A stretch of 64,000 nucleotides of DNA, from positions 352,001-416,000 of the forward strand of contig CAXBMO010000003.1 of the NCBI GenBank assembly GCA_963977015.1. The letters are read 5' to 3'. The position numbers were made by a program, and so were the translations under genes. The notes beneath the pieces are model-generated. The model was not told where the DNA came from, ran no database searches, and was given only the letters and a program-made list of their open reading frames with translations. Source of the DNA: an uncultured bacterium. GTDB taxonomy: Bacteria > Verrucomicrobiota > Verrucomicrobiia > Verrucomicrobiales > DEV007. Of this stretch, positions 20,852-31,402 are shown piece by piece. Every line of letters begins with the position of its first letter. Positions within the stretch are counted from its first letter, which is position 1.

Positions 20852-23299
20852 TCAGGGCGCCACCGGGCGAAATGGCCATTCGGGAGAACCTTTGGGATCT
20901 GGAAGCGAAGGGCTTTTTCCCAACGCGAAATCCTCCGGCTGCAGATCCGCATTTTTCCAATAGTCGGGTTCCCTGATAAACCCAAAAAAGCTCGGATAGA
21001 AAGGATCCGCGTATGCCACATCGGCTTCTTCCGGCACTTTGACTCCAGTTAAATGAAGAGCCGCGTTCACAATCAACCGACGGAGGTCCTCACTGACGAG
21101 ATCAACCGCAGCACCTGCGGTGGTGCAGAAGGAAGTGCCTTCGGTACCGCCGGGAGACACATAGGGGTGAAGCCAAGCAAAGGCTTGCATGGGATCGTTC
21201 TTCGGACCGGAAACCATTGGCGACTTGGGATCCAAGCTTTCGGTTACCGCGCCTCTCATCAGAATAGTGTCTACATCAGTCAGATTTTTGACGCCATAAA
21301 CATCGCTTGGCGCGAAAACATCTTCGACGCCACGCAAAATCGGATGGTCCGCATTCGCTCTTTCGATCACGCCTCTCGCCCCTTGGCGCTTATGAACACC
21401 ATGGTGATTCACCCACTGTTCTCCCAGCACTTTTCTTCCCCATTCTCCATATCCAATGGAGTCCCCAAATTTATTTCCGCCATTGAACGCGTGCGTCGCC
21501 GTACGAATTCCAATAATGGGCTTCCCAGCGTCCATATATTGCGTGAGGTAGACAGCCTGGTCGGCATCAGGACGGCGGAACCGCGTTCCAATGATCATCA
21601 AATCCGCACTAACCAGGGCATCCAGCCCTCGCAGGCCCGTCGGATTGTTCGGATCGATATACCGTCCATCTTCGCTCATGGAAAACACCACCGTGCATCG
21701 ATAGCCAAACTTTTGGCTGAGGATTTTCGCCAACATCGGCATCGCCTCTTCGGAGCGATATTCCTCGTCCCCGGCGACCAAAACGACATGCTTTCCGGAA
21801 CCGGGCCCGCTCGCTCCTGGTTCAATCACCAAGGTGCCTTTCGCGTTCGACGTCACGGTTGCTTCACCATCGGTTTTTGCGGTCCAGTAAATCTGGTCGT
21901 CGACCAAGTCTTGATAGTAGTTCTCCAGCTTCTTGGCCAATTGATCCAACGGCGCTTCTGGTGACGCCAGCTTATCCTCTGATTCATCGACATCCGAAAC
22001 CAGGTTGTAGATCTCGAAGGAATCGAAGGGAGTCGATCGAATCAACATTTCGTCCTTTGAGGTGAGAAATTCCCGTCGCCCAAGATCTTTGAGACGGCCA
22101 AGAATCTTCCAATCCCCATCACGCAGCGCAACGCGGGATTCGTTGAGTGCGTTGTAATAACACCAGGCCAGCGGCTTCTCCCGCTTAACCGCTTTCCCCG
22201 ACAGCGCAGGCAAAAAATCAGCACCATCCAACTCCAGGCCTTCCGGAACTTTTCCGCCGGCCAACTTCGTGAAAGTCGGAAGAAAATCCAAGGAACAAAC
22301 CGGAGTCTTCACGGTTTGTCCGGCTTTGATCTTCTCGGGCCATCGCATGATACCCGCCACGCGATATCCCGCTTCGTGGGTATGTAGTTTCATGCCTCGA
22401 AGTTCTCCAGGCACACCGTAACTCCGTTTGGCGGATCGATACCGATTCAGCGTTTCCGGACCATTGTCTGAGGTGAAAACGACCAACGTATTGTCCCGAT
22501 AGCCAAGAGCTCCCAACTCAGCCAGGAGTTTGCCTGTGGCCAAATCCAAGTTCTCGACATTGGCGAAATACTGAGCCTCGTCTTCATTCTTCGCCACCTT
22601 TTGATACTTGGCGACGAGATCCGGAGGGGACGCGACGGGCTCATGCGGTTCATGAAACGCCATGTAGAGAAAGAAGGGCTTCTCCTTGTCCGCCGAATGG
22701 TGCTCCCGCAGCCAACCAATTGCTTCATCAGCCACAATCTGGCAGGCATAGCCATTGATCGGACCGACCTGCTCACCGTTCCTCACAAAGTTCACCGGGT
22801 TTTCGTGGGATGGAGCTGCATTGTTCTGCGTGGCAAACCAATGATCGAAACCAAAGTCTCCGGGCTGCGGTTGCCCTGGGTCGTTGAACTTGCTGTTGCA
22901 ATGCCATTTCCCGCTCATGCAGGTCGCATAACCCGCATCTTTCAAAACTGCGGCGATGGTGACCTCATCTTCCCGCATGTGGGCCATCGTGCGATCATGG
23001 CGCTTCTCATTGTAAGGCGGAATCCAATCATAAATTCCTGCCCGGTTTGGCGTTCTTCCCGTCAACAGTCCAACCCGGGATGGCGAACAAACGGGTGCTG
23101 CGGAATAGAAATCGGTGAAGCGAATTCCATCACCCGCCATTTGATCGAGATGCGGAGTGCGGGTATGCGGGTGCCCATAACAGGACAAATCTCCGTACCC
23201 AAGATCATCGCAAAGGATGACAACGATGTTTGGCTGATTGGCCGACAGGGCCTGACACCATAGAGCGAACAATGAAGCGCAAAGCACGAAGGGTTTCAT
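20852..23299 (-). CDS. Secreted formylglycine-dependent sulfatase fused to a C-terminal ThuA-like domain
   Basis: PNIVVILCDDLGYGD, CSPSR, GKWH, SDNG; C-terminal domain HVVLVAGDEEYRSEE...GIRTATHAF. Confidence 0.88.
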   Translation of the reverse strand: MKPFVLCASLFALWCQALSANQPNIVVILCDDLGYGDLSCYGHPHTRTPHLDQMAGDGIRFTDFYSAAPVCSPSRVGLLTGRTPNRAGIYDWIPPYNEKRHDRTMAHMREDEVTIAAVLKDAGYATCMSGKWHCNSKFNDPGQPQPGDFGFDHWFATQNNAAPSHENPVNFVRNGEQVGPINGYACQIVADEAIGWLREHHSADKEKPFFLYMAFHEPHEPVASPPDLVAKYQKVAKNEDEAQYFANVENLDLATGKLLAELGALGYRDNTLVVFTSDNGPETLNRYRSAKRSYGVPGELRGMKLHTHEAGYRVAGIMRWPEKIKAGQTVKTPVCSLDFLPTFTKLAGGKVPEGLELDGADFLPALSGKAVKREKPLAWCYYNALNESRVALRDGDWKILGRLKDLGRREFLTSKDEMLIRSTPFDSFEIYNLVSDVDESEDKLASPEAPLDQLAKKLENYYQDLVDDQIYWTAKTDGEATVTSNAKGTLVIEPGASGPGSGKHVVLVAGDEEYRSEEAMPMLAKILSQKFGYRCTVVFSMSEDGRYIDPNNPTGLRGLDALVSADLMIIGTRFRRPDADQAVYLTQYMDAGKPIIGIRTATHAFNGGNKFGDSIGYGEWGRKVLGEQWVNHHGVHKRQGARGVIERANADHPILRGVEDVFAPSDVYGVKNLTDVDTILMRGAVTESLDPKSPMVSGPKNDPMQAFAWLHPYVSPGGTEGTSFCTTAGAAVDLVSEDLRRLIVNAALHLTGVKVPEEADVAYADPFYPSFFGFIREPDYWKNADLQPEDFALGKSPSLPDPKGSPEWPFRPVAP

Positions 23300-23389
23300 G
23301 ATTCTTAGCTGAGCGAGAATCCCGCTGCCGTCAATGACCATCCGCCTTCTCTTGACACTCCCCCTACCTTCAATGCAAACTGTAGGACC

Positions 23390-24199
23390 GTGAGTGAGTC
23401 GATTGACAAGCGCCTTTACGCAATCATGTGGCCGAACAAAGCCTTGGTCGCATCTATGTTAGGTCCCAAGGACTTTGGAAGCCACTACGCAATCGGCAGT
23501 TCCCGTTACTACCACGGCATTATCGTCTTCGCCGAAATCGACCCCACCTATCGGCACGACTATTTTCCGATCGACCGATTGATGGATGAAGTGAAGCCAA
23601 AGATCGACGGCAGTCCGAAGCGAACCAAATTTGTGAGTTGTTACCGCGTGTTGGAGCATCTCGACTTTTCCGCATTCGGCGACCTCTACATCACTTCGGT
23701 GGAAGGGAAGTCGCTCTGTCTGAAGAAGGCTCCCTACGACAAGCAGCACGACGCCGGTTATTTGCGGACCTTCCAGGAAATTACCCCACTGACATCCATT
23801 GTGCTCAGCCACATGACACCACCGGAGTTCGGCCAATACATTACCGACCCCCAGCAGCCGAAAGGCGCGCCCAAGGTGATGTTCAGCCAGATCGATCTCG
23901 ATGTCGACGCCTTCCTCCGAATGTTGGAAGCCAATCCGTTTCACGATTCCCCGATCCCGAACATTCATCCCACGAAGCTCCGGGACCAGATTATGGCTAT
24001 CAAGGGGCACCCGGAAAAGCGAGTCAAAGGGATCAGCCTCGACAGCATTTTTGGTCGTGTTTCCTTCACGCGCTATCGAACCGGGTTCTGGTTTGCCTCA
24101 CAGGAAGAGTTGCTGTTTTACCCGGTTCCGGATGAAGAGCAGCTTCGAACCTCTCACTATGATTGGTTTCGATCGCTCGAAGGTCAGGGCATCGCCTAG
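23390..24199 (+). CDS. Hypothetical protein with an internal two-fold repeat
   Basis: Intact 269-aa ORF filling the gap between two sulfatases; two S.x.P.(D/E)FG...F.(E/Q)ID units. Confidence 0.75.
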   Translation: MSESIDKRLYAIMWPNKALVASMLGPKDFGSHYAIGSSRYYHGIIVFAEIDPTYRHDYFPIDRLMDEVKPKIDGSPKRTKFVSCYRVLEHLDFSAFGDLYITSVEGKSLCLKKAPYDKQHDAGYLRTFQEITPLTSIVLSHMTPPEFGQYITDPQQPKGAPKVMFSQIDLDVDAFLRMLEANPFHDSPIPNIHPTKLRDQIMAIKGHPEKRVKGISLDSIFGRVSFTRYRTGFWFASQEELLFYPVPDEEQLRTSHYDWFRSLEGQGIA

Positions 24200-24264
24200 G
24201 TTTCATCCCTCCCTCGTAAACCGTCCGGTTGCGAATTCCACTGACACGGTTTAGGGACTTTGGC

Positions 24265-25752
24265 ATGAAAGCCCCCTTTTTCTGGATTGCGTGCCTTGCT
24301 GTGATCTCCCCTTCAGCATTCGCAGAATCGAAGCCGAACATTGTTTTCATCCTGGCTGACGACCTGGGCTACCGCGAGTTGGGCTCCTACGGGCAGGAAA
24401 AGATCAAAACTCCCAGAATTGATCAACTGGCGAAGGAAGGAATGCGATTCACCCGCGCTTACTCAGGCAACGCGGTCTGTGCTCCTTCGCGGTGCGTCCT
24501 GATGACCGGCAAGCATCCCGGGAAGGCCATCGTGCGAAGCAACAAATCGATGAAGCCGGAAGGTCAGTTCCCCATCGCCAAGGAGGAGGTCACCATCGCG
24601 GAGTTGCTTGAGCCGGATGGTTACGTCTGCGGAGCATTCGGGAAATGGGGCCTCGGCCCAACCGGATCCACCGGAGATCCCAACGATCAGGGGTTCGCGC
24701 AATTCTTCGGTTACAATTGCCAAGGGAAGGCGCACACCTACTACCCGGCAACGCTCTGGAGCAATCGCGAGAAAATTTCACTCAACAATGAACCACCTGT
24801 CCCCGGTCACGCATCGCTTCCAGAAGGCAGCGACCCGTCCGATCCCAACAGCTACGAGGTTTTCAAAGGTCAAGACTATGCGCCGGACCGCATCAACCAG
24901 GCCGCCCTCCAGTTCATCAAGGACCATCACGAGCAGCCCTTCTTCCTCTACTACCCTACCATTATTCCCCACGTCGCCTTGCACGTGCCCGATGAGGAAT
25001 TGGAACCCTATCTGGCGCAAAACTGGGAAGACCCTCCATTCACCCGTGATGGCGGCTACGGATACACACCTCACTTCACCCCCCGAGCTGCCTACGCCGC
25101 GATGATCACGCGAATGGACTCTTATATTGGAAAGGTTCTGGATCTCCTTGAGGAGCTCAAGCTGGCCGACAACACCATCGTCATCTTCACTTCCGACAAC
25201 GGGACCACCCATCTCAAAGACGAAGTGGACTACGACTTCTTCGCCAGCGTTGGCGAGTTGCGGGGCCTCAAAGGATCCTTGTATGAAGGCGGCATTCGCG
25301 TTCCTCAGATTGTGAAGTGGCCCGGTAAGATACCCGCAGGTTCGGTGACGGATCTCGTCACCGGTTTCGAGGACTGGCTTCCCACCTTGGTCGACATCGT
25401 CGATGGAGAGAGCGAGGTCCCCTCTGGAATCTGTGGAATGAGCATCAAACCAACGCTTCTCGGCAATCCGCAGCCGCAACGACCCTTTCTGTATCGCGAA
25501 TTCACCGGCTATGGCGGTCAGCAGGCGCTTTGGTTGGGCCAGAAATGGAAGGCGACGAGGCAGAACATTCTGCGCAAAAAATCAGATCCGCTCGAGATCG
25601 AACTCTACGATCTGGAAACCGACGAATCGGAAACCACAAATGTCGCCGAGCAGTATCCGGAAATTGTCGATCGCGTTCGGAAAATCATGGCTCAGGAACA
25701 CACGATTTCCGAGGTGTTCCCGCTCCCTCCGGTGGATAAGCTTTCGCGGTGA
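24265..25752 (+). CDS. Secreted arylsulfatase (Cys-type)
   Basis: Signal peptide, KPNIVFILADDLGY, CAPSR, GKWGLG, SDNG, KGSLYEGGIRVP. Confidence 0.93.
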   Translation: MKAPFFWIACLAVISPSAFAESKPNIVFILADDLGYRELGSYGQEKIKTPRIDQLAKEGMRFTRAYSGNAVCAPSRCVLMTGKHPGKAIVRSNKSMKPEGQFPIAKEEVTIAELLEPDGYVCGAFGKWGLGPTGSTGDPNDQGFAQFFGYNCQGKAHTYYPATLWSNREKISLNNEPPVPGHASLPEGSDPSDPNSYEVFKGQDYAPDRINQAALQFIKDHHEQPFFLYYPTIIPHVALHVPDEELEPYLAQNWEDPPFTRDGGYGYTPHFTPRAAYAAMITRMDSYIGKVLDLLEELKLADNTIVIFTSDNGTTHLKDEVDYDFFASVGELRGLKGSLYEGGIRVPQIVKWPGKIPAGSVTDLVTGFEDWLPTLVDIVDGESEVPSGICGMSIKPTLLGNPQPQRPFLYREFTGYGGQQALWLGQKWKATRQNILRKKSDPLEIELYDLETDESETTNVAEQYPEIVDRVRKIMAQEHTISEVFPLPPVDKLSR

Positions 25753-25787
25753 TTGCGAACCAGCCCCGATTGCACTAACATTGTCGC

Positions 25788-26951
25788 ATGGTTTTCGGCC
25801 TCGGCCCGGGAAATCGTTGCCCGCACATTCTCGTTTTCTCGGTCCTCATTCTCATTACCTTGGGAATGGTGATGCTTGCCTCGACGTCTGCGTTTCAAGC
25901 CAACGTCGATGCCGATGACCTGTACTTTGAGGTCAAGCGGCAAGCTCTTTGGGGTGTTGCGGGAATCTCCGTTGCCCTTTTCTTTGCCCAAATCGACTAT
26001 CGGCGGATTCAGAATTGGATTTGGCCCGTCTACGCGGTCGCCGCAGTCCTGCTCATCGCGTGTTTCATTCCCGCAATTGGGCAAGAGATCAATGGGGAGC
26101 GGCGCTGGATTAATTCAGCGTTCATCGGCATCAATTTCCGGGTTCAGCCGTCCGAATTTGCCAAACTCGTCCTGATCGCGACTTTGGCGACCTGGTTTGC
26201 AAGGTACTCCAACTCGATTCACGACGTTCGCCTTGGCTTCCTTTTTCCAACCGTCATTGCCGGTTTCATCCTCGCCCTAATCGCCGCAGAGGTTGATATC
26301 GGAACAACGGCTGTCCTCACGGGGGTGGTATTCGCCCTGATGTTTATCGCCGGCTGCAATCGAAGACTTCTTTTTGGGGGGGCAATCGCGGCCACCCTGG
26401 GCCTTGCGACCCTGGTGGCGTTGGTGCCGGGCCGAATGACCCGCGTCATGGCAATTCTGAAGCCCGAGGAGCACGAACACGGGGTTGGATTGCAACAGAA
26501 CATGGCAAAACTGGCGCTTGGTTCAGGAGGCGTCGACGGAATGGGCCTGGGAGAAGGAAGTCTCAAGATGCTCTACATGCCGTTTGCCCACACCGACTTC
26601 ATCTTCCCCATGATCGGCGAAGAGTTGGGACTGGTTGGGACCCTTACGGTTCTTGCCTGTTTCGCAGGATTTGCCTGGTCTGGAACGGTCATTTCCCAAC
26701 GAGCCCCCGATTCGTTTGGAAGACTGCTCGGGATTGGCATCGTTCTCTGCGTTTCCATTCAGGCCGCCCTCAACATTGCCGTCACGACGGCGGTATTTCC
26801 CAACACCGGGCTTCCGCTCCCCTTTGTCAGCTATGGCGGGTCGAACCTGATTTGTTCGTTGATGGGGGTCGGCATCCTCCTGAGCATCCATCGCCAAAGC
26901 CCGAAATCGTTCTCCCCCCATTCGGACGCCGTTTTTGCACCCCGAATTTAG
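25788..26951 (+). CDS. ftsW: SEDS family peptidoglycan glycosyltransferase FtsW
   Basis: NG.RRWI, QPSEFAK, HTDFIF..IGEE.G, GLPLPFVSYGGS; directly upstream of murG. Confidence 0.92.
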   Translation: MVFGLGPGNRCPHILVFSVLILITLGMVMLASTSAFQANVDADDLYFEVKRQALWGVAGISVALFFAQIDYRRIQNWIWPVYAVAAVLLIACFIPAIGQEINGERRWINSAFIGINFRVQPSEFAKLVLIATLATWFARYSNSIHDVRLGFLFPTVIAGFILALIAAEVDIGTTAVLTGVVFALMFIAGCNRRLLFGGAIAATLGLATLVALVPGRMTRVMAILKPEEHEHGVGLQQNMAKLALGSGGVDGMGLGEGSLKMLYMPFAHTDFIFPMIGEELGLVGTLTVLACFAGFAWSGTVISQRAPDSFGRLLGIGIVLCVSIQAALNIAVTTAVFPNTGLPLPFVSYGGSNLICSLMGVGILLSIHRQSPKSFSPHSDAVFAPRI

Positions 26952-27068
26952 CTGGATTGCCCGAAAGGTGTTTGAAATCCCGCGCGTATCCTAGCCAACC
27001 CAAAATTCGACGACAATCGGAGTTGGATTTTTTCGATTCTGAATCAGTTTGCGCAGAATTTTTCTTTC

Positions 27069-28178
27069 ATGTCAGAACCAACATCCAGCGGAGCCGTTTT
27101 GATCGCGTGTGGTGGAACCGGAGGCCATTTGTTCCCCGGAATCGCCATCGCGGAAAAACTCAAGGCGCGAGGAATCGACGTCATTCTCCTGATTTCCGAG
27201 AAGCAGATCGACACCGTTGCCAGCAAGGGCTACGCCGACCGGTTCCGATTTGAGCGGATTCCAAGTGTGGCCATGCCCAAACCATGGTCGCCGAAGATGA
27301 TCCCGTTCCTGTTGAATTTGAGGGCGGCGATCTCCAAATCGCGAAAGCTGATCCGCGAAATCGGCGCAACTCATGTGATTGGAATGGGAGGCTTTACCTC
27401 GACGGCTCCCTTGATTGCCGCGAAAAAGGAAGGTTGCGTGGGATTGATCCACGAATCAAACGCGATCCCCGGACGCGCGAATCGTTTGAACGCAAAGATC
27501 GCAACCTGGGCGTTGGTTGGATGGGACGCCTGCGCCAAGCATTTTCCGGAAGGCAAGGCCAAGGTGGTCGGCACCCCGGTGCGTTCATCCCTCTATGACT
27601 TGCCGGACAAAGCCATCGCGCGCCAGCATTTCGGGCTCAACTCCGGCCGCTTCACGCTCTTCGTAATGGGCGGCAGCCAGGGAGCTCGCGGAATCAATGA
27701 AGCGGTAACCGGCATGCTCGAATACTTTGATCCAGAGCTTTGCCAGTTTCTCCACATTGCGGGAGCAACGGACATTGAGGTGGTCCAGGAAGCCTACAAG
27801 AGCGCCAACGTGACGGCGCATGTGATCCCGTTTCTGAGTGAAATGGAGTGGGCCTATGCCGCCTCCGACCTGATTGTCTGCCGCTCCGGAGCGTCCAGTT
27901 TGACCGAAATGTCAGTGGTGGGACTCCCCGGCATTCTGGTTCCCTATCCTCACGCCGCCGACGATCACCAAAACCGGAATGCCGATATTTTCGAAGAAGA
28001 AGGGGCCTGCATGGTGATCCAACAAGCAGACTTGAAGCCATTGGAACTGGCGGAGATTGTGGCAAGTTTAGGGAATGATCCGAATCGCCTCCAACAGATG
28101 TCCGAGAAGATTCGAAGCTTAGCCCCACAGAACCCTGCAGACGCAATTTGCGATTTGATTGAAAACCAGACGCCTTGA
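27069..28178 (+). CDS. murG: Undecaprenyl-PP-MurNAc-pentapeptide GlcNAc transferase
   Basis: GGTGGH.FP, HESN..PG.AN, GGSQGA, RSGAS, DDHQ..NA. Confidence 0.96.
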   Translation: MSEPTSSGAVLIACGGTGGHLFPGIAIAEKLKARGIDVILLISEKQIDTVASKGYADRFRFERIPSVAMPKPWSPKMIPFLLNLRAAISKSRKLIREIGATHVIGMGGFTSTAPLIAAKKEGCVGLIHESNAIPGRANRLNAKIATWALVGWDACAKHFPEGKAKVVGTPVRSSLYDLPDKAIARQHFGLNSGRFTLFVMGGSQGARGINEAVTGMLEYFDPELCQFLHIAGATDIEVVQEAYKSANVTAHVIPFLSEMEWAYAASDLIVCRSGASSLTEMSVVGLPGILVPYPHAADDHQNRNADIFEEEGACMVIQQADLKPLELAEIVASLGNDPNRLQQMSEKIRSLAPQNPADAICDLIENQTP

Positions 28179-30475
28179 GCACAGAAACAACTCTCCAAAA
28201 CCTTCGCGAACCGAGCGACCCGATCCGCATTCACCTCATCGGGGTGGCCGGCTCAGGAATGAGCGGGTTGGCGTCATTACTGATGGGAATGGGCCACCAG
28301 GTCAGCGGCTCCGATCGCGTCTCGACCCTCGAAACCGAGCGATTGACCTCCGTCGGCCTGAAATTTCACTCTCCACAATCCGCCGAGGAAGTTGAGGGGG
28401 CGCAAATGGTGATCTATTCATCGGCGATCAAGCCCGGAAACCCGGCTTTTGATGCGGCAACCGAAAAGGGGTTACCACTCGTGAAGCGAGCGGAAGCCCT
28501 CGCCGCAATCATGGATCAGCGGAAAGGGATCGTGGTCGCAGGAACTCACGGAAAGACCACCACCTCCGCCATGGCGGCGCACGTCTTGCGAAGTGGCGGG
28601 CTTAAGCCCTCCCACTACGTCGGGGCCGAAATCCCGTTGCTGGGCACCAATGCGCATTGGGAGCCGGAAACCGAGTATCTGATTGCCGAGGGCGACGAAA
28701 GCGATGGGACCCTGGCGCTGTTTCGCCCGGAGCACGCCATCATCCTCAACATTGAAGAGGAGCACCTCGATTTCTACGACGGCATCGATCAGATCAACGC
28801 GGTCTTCAAGAAGCTCCTCAGCCAAACGCGCGACTTTTTCATTTACTGCGGAAGTGACGCCGGCGCGAAGGCGGTCTGCAGTGGTTTGGAAGGCGGGATT
28901 TCCTATGGATGGGAAGATTGCGATTATACCGTCGCCAACATTCAGGAAAAGCGCGGCAGCAGTTCCTTTCACGTGCTGAAGAACGGCACGGACCTGGGAG
29001 AGATTGAGTTGAGCATCCCCGGATTGCACAATGTCCTCAATGCCATGAGCGTCATTGCCTTGGCCAGCGAACTCGGAGTTACATTTGGAGTGATCAAAGC
29101 AGCTCTGGGGACCTTTCGCGGGGCAAAACGCCGTTTCGAACGCAAGTTTCAATCTGAACACTATCGGCTATTCGACGATTACGGTCATCACCCCTCGGAG
29201 ATTTCCGCGACGCTCCAAACCGCTCGTTCCTTGCAACCCAAGCGCCTTCTCTGCGCGTTCCAACCGCATCGCTACTCCCGAACCCAACTGCTCCGCGATG
29301 ACTTTGGCCGGGCCTTCGATCAAGTCGATGAACTCGTCGTCACCGATATCTATCCAGCGAGCGAGAAACCCATTCCCGGCATCACCGGGAACACCATTTG
29401 CGAAGCCGTTCAGGAGTTTGGGAGCTCAACGGTCCGGTCCATTCCCAGCAAGACCGAAGCGCGGCTCGCTCTCGGAAACCAGCTTCGTCCCGGTGATCTC
29501 CTGATGAGTCTCGGCGCTGGTGATATCCACGAAATCACCACCAAATTGGCCAAGGACCTGGAAACCCTTTCCAAGCTTGAATCCGCCCTCGACGAACCCG
29601 ATTCCACCTTGCGGCTCTATGAGCCGATGAACCGCCACACCACCATTCGGATCGGCGGTCCGGCTCAATTTTGGATTGAGCCCATGACGGTTGCGGGATT
29701 CGCCCGATTAACCAAATACTGCCGCGAAAACGAGCTTCCGATGCGCGTGGTGGGCCGCGGCTCCAATCTGCTCGTTCGCGATGGCGGTATCCCCGGTGTC
29801 GTCGTTCATCCGTTGAAAGGCGATTTTGCCCGGGTCGAAGTCGAAGGCGAAATGATCGAGGCGGGCGTCGGTGCAAGGTTGAAGCGGATTGCTTCTGCGG
29901 CCCTGACCGCCGAGTTGACCGGATTCGAATGGATGGAAGGCATTCCGGGAAATGTGGGAGGCAGTATTCGGATGAATGCCGGCGCGATGGGAACAGAAAC
30001 GTTCGACCAGGTTGTGAGTGTGACGTTCATCGACTCGGAAGGCGAGATTCGAACCAAAATGGCCGACGATATCGATTTTCACTATCGCAGCGTGCCCGAA
30101 TTCACGGACAATTTCATCGTTTCCGCCGTCTTTCGAGGCACGAAGGGAAACCGGTCGGAGATTGACGAAAAGCTGGCGGAATCCAAACACCACCGGAAGA
30201 GTTCCCAACCCATCGCCGCGAGCGCCGGATGCATCTTTAAGAACCCGGAAGTGTGCGGAGCGGGCAAACTGGTCGATGATTTGGGACTGAAAGACACGAG
30301 TGTCGGGAAGGCCCGGGTGTCCGATGTTCACGGAAATTTCATCGTCAATGACGGCGGAGCGACTGCCGCGGAAGTTCTGGAGTTGATTGGAAAGATCCAG
30401 AAGAAAGCCAAGGATGAACGCGGCGTAACCCTAGAAACAGAAGTTCAAATCCTCGGTACTGACGAAACATTTTAG
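28175..30475 (+). CDS. murC: Bifunctional MurC-MurB fusion (UDP-MurNAc-L-Ala ligase plus UDP-GlcNAc-enolpyruvate reductase)
   Basis: MurC motifs G..GSGMS, GTHGKTTT, EGDESD, DDYGHHP, FQPHRYSR, then MurB motifs HTT.RIGG.A, GRGSN, GIPG..GG..MNAGA, SAGCIFKNP, HGNF in one frame. Confidence 0.95.
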   Translation: MSTETTLQNLREPSDPIRIHLIGVAGSGMSGLASLLMGMGHQVSGSDRVSTLETERLTSVGLKFHSPQSAEEVEGAQMVIYSSAIKPGNPAFDAATEKGLPLVKRAEALAAIMDQRKGIVVAGTHGKTTTSAMAAHVLRSGGLKPSHYVGAEIPLLGTNAHWEPETEYLIAEGDESDGTLALFRPEHAIILNIEEEHLDFYDGIDQINAVFKKLLSQTRDFFIYCGSDAGAKAVCSGLEGGISYGWEDCDYTVANIQEKRGSSSFHVLKNGTDLGEIELSIPGLHNVLNAMSVIALASELGVTFGVIKAALGTFRGAKRRFERKFQSEHYRLFDDYGHHPSEISATLQTARSLQPKRLLCAFQPHRYSRTQLLRDDFGRAFDQVDELVVTDIYPASEKPIPGITGNTICEAVQEFGSSTVRSIPSKTEARLALGNQLRPGDLLMSLGAGDIHEITTKLAKDLETLSKLESALDEPDSTLRLYEPMNRHTTIRIGGPAQFWIEPMTVAGFARLTKYCRENELPMRVVGRGSNLLVRDGGIPGVVVHPLKGDFARVEVEGEMIEAGVGARLKRIASAALTAELTGFEWMEGIPGNVGGSIRMNAGAMGTETFDQVVSVTFIDSEGEIRTKMADDIDFHYRSVPEFTDNFIVSAVFRGTKGNRSEIDEKLAESKHHRKSSQPIAASAGCIFKNPEVCGAGKLVDDLGLKDTSVGKARVSDVHGNFIVNDGGATAAEVLELIGKIQKKAKDERGVTLETEVQILGTDETF

Positions 30476-30480
30476 CCACT

Positions 30481-31401
30481 ATGACTGAATTTCGAAAACT
30501 CAAGATCGCGGTACTTGCCGGCGGTCCAGGATCCGAACGAGAAGTGTCGTTAGCCTCCGGCAACGCAGTTCTCGAAGCCCTCAACACCCGGTGTGACGAT
30601 GTCTGCCTGGTGGATGTCACAACGCATTCGGTAGACCTTCCCGCCGGGACCGATCTCGCCTTTAACGTGATTCACGGCACCTTTGGGGAGGACGGTGAAC
30701 TCCAAAGTCAGCTGGATAAAGCCGGAGTTCCCTACACCGGCGCTGGAGCCGAAAGCAGTCGCCTCGCGTTCGACAAGATCAAGAGCAAGGATCGCTTCGT
30801 GGAGTGCGGCGTGGCCACTCCGACCCATCAACTTGTGGAAGTCGCCAAGGCAGACGAAGCGCAGGTCGATTTGCCCTGCGTCGTCAAGCCTCCTCGCGAG
30901 GGTTCGAGTGTTGGCGTTCACATCGTCGACTCGACCGAGAAATGGAAGGAGGCGGTTGCCGACGCCGGAAAGTATGGTGACACCCTGCTCGTTGAACAGT
31001 TTGTGAAGGGGAAAGAGTTGACGGTTGGGGTGCTGAAAGACCAACCGCTGCCCATCATTCATATCCAGCCGCGGTCCGGGTTTTATGATATGAGCAACAA
31101 ATATCCCTGGATGAACCAGGGAGGTGGAACCGATTATTTTTGTCCCGCCGATCTCAACCCCGAGATCACTCAGGCCGTTCAGGAGGAGGCCTTGAAGGCC
31201 CATCGGTCGTTGGAAATTGAGGTCTACTCCCGCGTCGATATTCTCCTCGACGAGGATGACCGGTTTTACGTGCTCGAAGTGAATACGATCCCGGGAATGA
31301 CCGCGAGCAGCCTTCTCCCAAAAGCAGCGAAAGCGGTGGGGATCTCGTTCGACGAACTCTGTGTCCAGATCGGCGAGGAGTCGCTGCGACTGCGTGGTTG
31401 A
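30481..31401 (+). CDS. ddl: D-alanine--D-alanine ligase
   Basis: GG.GSEREVSL.SG, HGT.GEDG, EGSSVG, LEVNTIPGMT..SL.P. Confidence 0.96.
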   Translation: MTEFRKLKIAVLAGGPGSEREVSLASGNAVLEALNTRCDDVCLVDVTTHSVDLPAGTDLAFNVIHGTFGEDGELQSQLDKAGVPYTGAGAESSRLAFDKIKSKDRFVECGVATPTHQLVEVAKADEAQVDLPCVVKPPREGSSVGVHIVDSTEKWKEAVADAGKYGDTLLVEQFVKGKELTVGVLKDQPLPIIHIQPRSGFYDMSNKYPWMNQGGGTDYFCPADLNPEITQAVQEEALKAHRSLEIEVYSRVDILLDEDDRFYVLEVNTIPGMTASSLLPKAAKAVGISFDELCVQIGEESLRLRG

Positions 31402-31402
31402 A

